From: a virus
Taxonomy: Duplodnaviria; Heunggongvirae; Uroviricota; Caudoviricetes; Schitoviridae
Length of the DNA stretch: 29,038 nt
Direction: 5' to 3' (one strand)
Virus record (IMG/VR): IMGVR_UViG_3300024257_000004
In this document: positions 25,701 to 29,038 of the stretch, piece after piece
Layout of the letters: every line of letters starts with the position of its first letter
Position numbering within the stretch: the first letter of the stretch is position 1
Notes under the pieces: model-generated
What the model saw: the letters and a program-made list of their open reading frames with translations, nothing else
Told to the model about the DNA's origin: nothing
Databases searched by the model: none
Made by a program: the position numbers and the translations under genes

Positions 25701-27572
25701 GTGCCGGGAGCGATTGGGGCATCTTCTAGTATAGAGAACACAATAAAAACAACAGCAGACAAGACAACAGCTCAGTTTGCATACGGTAGTGATATCATTA
25801 TTGATGGACATACATATACCAGTGGGTTTGGGCTAACTAGTGAGGCTATCCGAGGGGAGGGTGGTGCTACCCCTAGTTACGATAGTGAATTCTGGGTTAA
25901 TGCTAATAAGCTCAGATTTACCGCTACAGATGGATCTACGGCAGGGCATGATGTATTCAGTGCTGATGCCAATGGGGTGACATTCAACGGTAAAGTGACA
26001 TTTGGTAGCGGACAAACAGGTACAGTAGAAGAAGCAGTATCAGCTATCGTAGAAACTACCGCAGTTGGTGATAAAAATATTAATATCACAGACAACTTGA
26101 TACCAACAGACAGTCTAGTTGGTGACATAAATAACGCAGGATACCAGCTTATAGGTAATCCAGTTAAATCATATGCTGCTGGAGCTGATACATTTGCTGA
26201 GGCACAGATAGTTATAGATACAAATGATGAAGTGTATAGTCCGTATGCAGATGAGATGGTTAAGCCCTACTACTTCAGGTATGCATTCAAAGGAAACAAT
26301 ACTGGAGTAGTAGCAGAGATAGTAGATTTAACTACATCAACTAATACACCTATAACATACGTACTAGATGATGGAGAAACTGTAAATACTACTGAATGGT
26401 ATATAGTTGATGGATTAATACACCCAACTGGGGGACTAGTAGGGGCTAGTGGAACAGTAAAGAGAGCATCAGATATGTATAAAGTAGCTAGTGTGAATGA
26501 CGTTATACTGGATACAACTACTACAGAGTTCTCACTAGGGTGGGTAAGTGGTTCTGTGGATACTACAATTAGTAGAATGAAACTAGCAATAGTTACTGCT
26601 GATACACTGACTAGTGACTTGGTTAATGCTGATTATGTGGCTAACTACGTCGCAAGTCCGGAGGTTGCTGCAGCTATAGCCAATGATACAACTACAACTA
26701 TAGGTAATACAATTACTACTGGGTATGTTAATGCATTAAACGTACATGCGGCTAGTATAGCTGCAGATAGTATAGGTGTTAACGAGTTAAACATCAATGG
26801 CGCGTTAGATTTATCTGGTGCGCAGTTCCAGTGGGGTAAATCTGCATTCCCTGACCACGGAACAAGTGGTATATATATGGGAACTCACAATGAGCAACAA
26901 GTATTCTGTATTGGATCTACAACTTCATGGATAGAGTTCGACGGCACAACTGTTGTCCTGAATAATGTTGGCGGTAATTTTGGACAAGCTCCCGGAGCAA
27001 GAGGGGAGTACACAGTATTCGCAGAAGACGGTGAGTATCCTTCTACAGCTAACGGAGTAGAATACGGTGTTATTATTGAAGTAATCGGAGGAGGTCAAGG
27101 TGGTGCCAATTTCTACGGCAGCAATCTACAAACCGATGGTATGCTAGGGGAACAGACGGTTGTCAGTCACTATAATAGTTACGGGACTCTGATTGCAACA
27201 TACGCTAGTGCCCTAGGTACTTCAAACGCTAGAGCTATATGGTATGGCTGGAAAGGCTACATCACAATAGGCGATGGTCATTACGGGCAAGTATACTCTG
27301 GTGCTGTTGATAATGTAGATATGGTTAATCATGGACAAGGTGGAGATGGTTTCTATGGTTATGACGATTATGATGACGATGTATATCTTACGGCAGGCCA
27401 CGGGGGCAACTGCGGGGCATACGCATACTTCGATGCAACAATGAATACAGGAGATTACTTCACTATAACTATAGGGGCAGGGGGAGAGGGAGCTGTTTCG
27501 GTTACCAGCATAGGCTCTGGGCATCATGCTCTCAATGGGGCCGATGGTTACGCCTCTGTTAAAATTAAATAA
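22779..27572 (+). CDS. Large tail fibre / host-specificity protein (1597 aa) with DUF1983-like segment and Gly-rich C-terminal domain
   Basis: Coiled-coil N-terminus; six (A/I/V)D(G/D/N)x...GD(L/V/M)W-type repeats; SGFGLTSE...SEFWVNANKLRF (lambda J/DUF1983-like); C-terminal EVIGGGQGG...GHGGNCG...ITIGAGGEG...GADGYASVKIK. Confidence 0.85.
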   Translation: MEIEKSIIDVEIENQNLGIATTEPTEVCVIDDDSIEITSAKKEFVITGDDIYISGSGQTTPQWIQDIIDQEVTSKIADKTTGLTDAITSINQSLLELELAKNTYTESIMTEATINGIVVSHLDTLNATVQDNSANIVNLDLVKTTPDEALALSISHLNSQIQDGEIHSLVTDLSTTIANNEQTAAANITSLASVFNGNASSIETILSTQSDEFSSEANAITELRSAIELENGVSGTATAVTRLNTFVGYEEGADTIPDELQALAGSIEDNEAALGALANQVDGEVMIHAENYGPVTILDPVADTQPTYIVDAVDPDLSALNGVYGAFKASLYTTAAAPTSTSTDQYNLKMDLHGLERTGELNGHYTAGTLCVMKIYVDGGLDEFEETEWLLGYVGEPIALPTDKNIIVDFGDVNPGDFVASTVPLPSKEPYASWLAEDALNGDANARSVHTGDSFIYVNTAGQYVRSFKFVKLATPDPLKSDDDGYAWYEIKDSAAMIAATTAHALADGKMKVFYITPTAPYQKGDLWTRNIDGSQQIWECTQDEDVEYNIADWQQVATDDKAVVLLSTGLSGGTVSVDLEASVLSGKSITQYVSDEIDDKTNIYSGKVDPNSPLYEPNNLGSGDIYLWFTTETASEEGSIYDVTKTYSWNGVEWGQIELNSNITNLADLADGKRTIFNNQSHDVPNGVERDLWIPTTGTDDEAYTPGELYQCSTAGAWEIATKYTDDLDTYKLVVNDIIVPGLESQIDNKVEYWFQTNDPKEAWVEEEDRAKHDGDVWYHTADKTSSYYDDGIHGWHAIEDQKALDAIADAADAQAAADGKLTIYRQVLDPATEESEPGVLKNEIHDGDMWLDIDTGEVKIWDISLGSGGDWDNDWETGRTIALAEEITKLDAYLMSAGYTVRLVADTATSEYIYEVFEEDNNGSTKRYSIAKEDSAGITIPEPMVTNGTAYVAGTDWMPTYTVAGGVLAAYDVPGAIGASSSIENTIKTTADKTTAQFAYGSDIIIDGHTYTSGFGLTSEAIRGEGGATPSYDSEFWVNANKLRFTATDGSTAGHDVFSADANGVTFNGKVTFGSGQTGTVEEAVSAIVETTAVGDKNINITDNLIPTDSLVGDINNAGYQLIGNPVKSYAAGADTFAEAQIVIDTNDEVYSPYADEMVKPYYFRYAFKGNNTGVVAEIVDLTTSTNTPITYVLDDGETVNTTEWYIVDGLIHPTGGLVGASGTVKRASDMYKVASVNDVILDTTTTEFSLGWVSGSVDTTISRMKLAIVTADTLTSDLVNADYVANYVASPEVAAAIANDTTTTIGNTITTGYVNALNVHAASIAADSIGVNELNINGALDLSGAQFQWGKSAFPDHGTSGIYMGTHNEQQVFCIGSTTSWIEFDGTTVVLNNVGGNFGQAPGARGEYTVFAEDGEYPSTANGVEYGVIIEVIGGGQGGANFYGSNLQTDGMLGEQTVVSHYNSYGTLIATYASALGTSNARAIWYGWKGYITIGDGHYGQVYSGAVDNVDMVNHGQGGDGFYGYDDYDDDVYLTAGHGGNCGAYAYFDATMNTGDYFTITIGAGGEGAVSVTSIGSGHHALNGADGYASVKIK

Positions 27573-27589
27573 AGGAAAGAGGTACAAAT

Positions 27590-27775
27590 ATGACAAGGCT
27601 AGCTATAGACTTCGCTACAGAAAGAGACAAGGGTTACTTGCCGATAGGAAGACAACTAGACATGCTGTGGCATGATATTGATGATGGATCTATAAAAGGG
27701 AAAGATAGTACTTGGTACAAGCATATCAAGATGGTCAAGGAAAAATACCCAAAGGAAACACTAAATGGCAATTAA
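27590..27775 (+). CDS. Tail fibre chaperone-like protein (61 aa)
   Basis: RDKGYLPIGRQLDMLWHDID...VKEKYPK, the same domain type as the C-terminus of 12089..12439. Confidence 0.75.
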   Translation: MTRLAIDFATERDKGYLPIGRQLDMLWHDIDDGSIKGKDSTWYKHIKMVKEKYPKETLNGN

Positions 27776-28079
27776 CATAGCACAACTAACACCAGCATCA
27801 CTAAAAGCTAAAGAAGTAGCTACACAAGAGTATGTGGATAACTCAGTACCGGAAGGTATGGTGACAGAAACAGAGGTTACTACTATAATAGGTAATACTA
27901 CTCTTGATGGTAACAAGATCACTACTGGATACTTATCAGCAGACAGGATTGCTGCTGGTATTATATATGATGATACTCACTACAATTGGAACCCGGATGG
28001 TACAGTTAATGCGGAGTTAGGAGCTAATACCTATAAAATGAAGATAGACTTAAGTGCTGGAAGCATACATATAAAATGA
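27765..28079 (+). CDS. Small fibre adaptor protein (104 aa)
   Basis: ATQEYVD, TTLDGNKITTGYLSADRI and C-terminal YKMKIDLSAGSIHIK; AAGGA RBS. Confidence 0.7.
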   Translation: MAINIAQLTPASLKAKEVATQEYVDNSVPEGMVTETEVTTIIGNTTLDGNKITTGYLSADRIAAGIIYDDTHYNWNPDGTVNAELGANTYKMKIDLSAGSIHIK

Positions 28080-29038
28080 GTTTGTATATTGGACCGGATG
28101 ACGCCGGGGATAAGGTTCTACATATAACTAAAGGCGAGACTGATGAGCTGGACATGAAAAGTGGCTCGCTGAGCAATAGTGTATTTCACAGCAGCTTGCC
28201 CTACTTGCAATGGAAAGAGCATGCCGTAACAACCAGTTCCTGGGTCTATATGGGTGGACAGGGAAGCTATAACGGCAATTACCTACTAATAACTGCACCA
28301 TCTTCCTTTATAGAAGACATAGGAGGATCTACAAAGTACTACTTCGCTACTATCAATGGTGTGCTATATAGTGCAGGAATACAAAATACTAGAAGTATTA
28401 TGGACTGGCTTAACAGTACTAACGTGTGGAACTCTGTTATAATCCCTAGTAGTACCTACAATAGAACATATTTAGCCGCCTACGGGTACCCAACTATACC
28501 TACTGTTAAACTATATACGTTAAATATAGATAGCGGAGGGTATGTTCCGACAAGCGGCTCAACCTCTAGTATATCTATAGGTGACGGGGCTATAAGTGTG
28601 AATGGTACGGACTTGTCAGAGTTTAAATTTATAAATGCAAGTATCGTTAACGAAGTTGATACGGTTATCCAAGCAGCTTCACCACTACAGCTCATGAATA
28701 GCTCTCTTGTTCAGGGAGACATTAGTATCACTACGGAAAGTAATGTGGTTATATCAGAGGGAGATAAAATCCTATTTAGCAGTGCAAGTACCTATAATTA
28801 TTCTCTGTACTCTACCACACTCACTGGCTCCGTCCCGGCTCGAAGCATATCCCTAGGGGCGTGGTCGAACTATACTTTCTCTGAAACGGTTGCCACAGGG
28901 TTCTCAGTAGGTGATATGTTGTGTATTTCCTTCAAGTTTATAGGGTTACATAGCACGTTCACAGGTGGAAACTCGGGCCTGTTCTACTACAAGGTTGGAG
29001 GTATATCACAGAATATATCTACCTCTTGGCTATATGGA
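28076..29038 (+). CDS. Putative receptor-binding protein (3'-truncated, at least 321 aa; missing from the ORF track)
   Basis: ATGA overlap with the upstream stop; frame is open to the window end: MSLYIGPDDAGDKVLHITKGETDELDMKSGSLSNSVFHSSLPYLQW..., then S/T/Y/G-rich beta-strand-like sequence. Confidence 0.75.
   Translation, partial: MSLYIGPDDAGDKVLHITKGETDELDMKSGSLSNSVFHSSLPYLQWKEHAVTTSSWVYMGGQGSYNGNYLLITAPSSFIEDIGGSTKYYFATINGVLYSAGIQNTRSIMDWLNSTNVWNSVIIPSSTYNRTYLAAYGYPTIPTVKLYTLNIDSGGYVPTSGSTSSISIGDGAISVNGTDLSEFKFINASIVNEVDTVIQAASPLQLMNSSLVQGDISITTESNVVISEGDKILFSSASTYNYSLYSTTLTGSVPARSISLGAWSNYTFSETVATGFSVGDMLCISFKFIGLHSTFTGGNSGLFYYKVGGISQNISTSWLYG

Larger units (their letters stand above)
1..29038 (+). 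mobile_element. Structural/lysis region of an N4-like tailed phage (phage or prophage; no integration or host genes visible)
   Basis: Terminase, portal, gp58/gp57-like, MCP, gp55/gp54-like genes occur in N4 order on one strand, with fibre and lysis genes between terminase and portal as in N4. Confidence 0.93.

Noticed and set aside
27400-27545. G-rich runs as phase-variable poly-G tracts like those of Campylobacter phage RBPs
   Set aside because: The longest run is G5 and is explained by Gly codons.
256-28695. All minus-strand ORFs in the track (e.g. 1829-2440, 5918-7129, 23255-26128, 27222-27596)
   Set aside because: They lie antisense to clear plus-strand genes, have no RBS or family motifs, and are expected shadows of GCT/ACT/GTT-rich coding sequence.
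1-29038. Stop-codon reassignment, CRISPR arrays, tRNA/rRNA, integrase or IS elements, introns/inteins
   Set aside because: Genes tile cleanly under the standard code. No spacer-repeat array, cloverleaf, recombinase or splicing motif was seen, and the portal, MCP and terminase fragment are uninterrupted.

Overview
The whole 29-kb window is the virion-morphogenesis and lysis region of a tailed dsDNA phage with an N4-like (Schitoviridae-type) head module. All real genes are on the + strand. The order is: terminase large subunit (3' part), adaptor-like genes, a cluster of at least four fibre genes plus small adaptors, tail-fibre chaperone, holins, an unknown two-gene cassette, GH24 endolysin, portal, gp58-like, gp57-like acidic scaffold, major capsid protein, gp55-like, gp54-like, a 1597-aa J-like fibre, chaperone, adaptor, and a receptor-binding-like ORF that runs off the right edge. 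AAGGA ribosome-binding sites and six aligned gnTAnnAT promoters with 11-bp-spaced TTAAG boxes suggest a Campylobacterota host (inference). The most notable unexplained signals are four. (1) Three different proteins end in the same C-terminal tag GTYxEFxxxFDxA, alongside extensive domain sharing among fibres, suggesting a plug-in fibre assembly system. (2) The 170-bp region before the endolysin carries paired SD/anti-SD sites, mini-ORFs and an antisense-oriented terminator. (3) A self-promoted membrane protein + Cys-rich protein cassette sits inside the lysis module. (4) The fibre genes carry RNA/DNA switch-like hairpins and a 101-bp in-frame repeat. Family assignments come from recognised motifs and synteny only; no database search was run.
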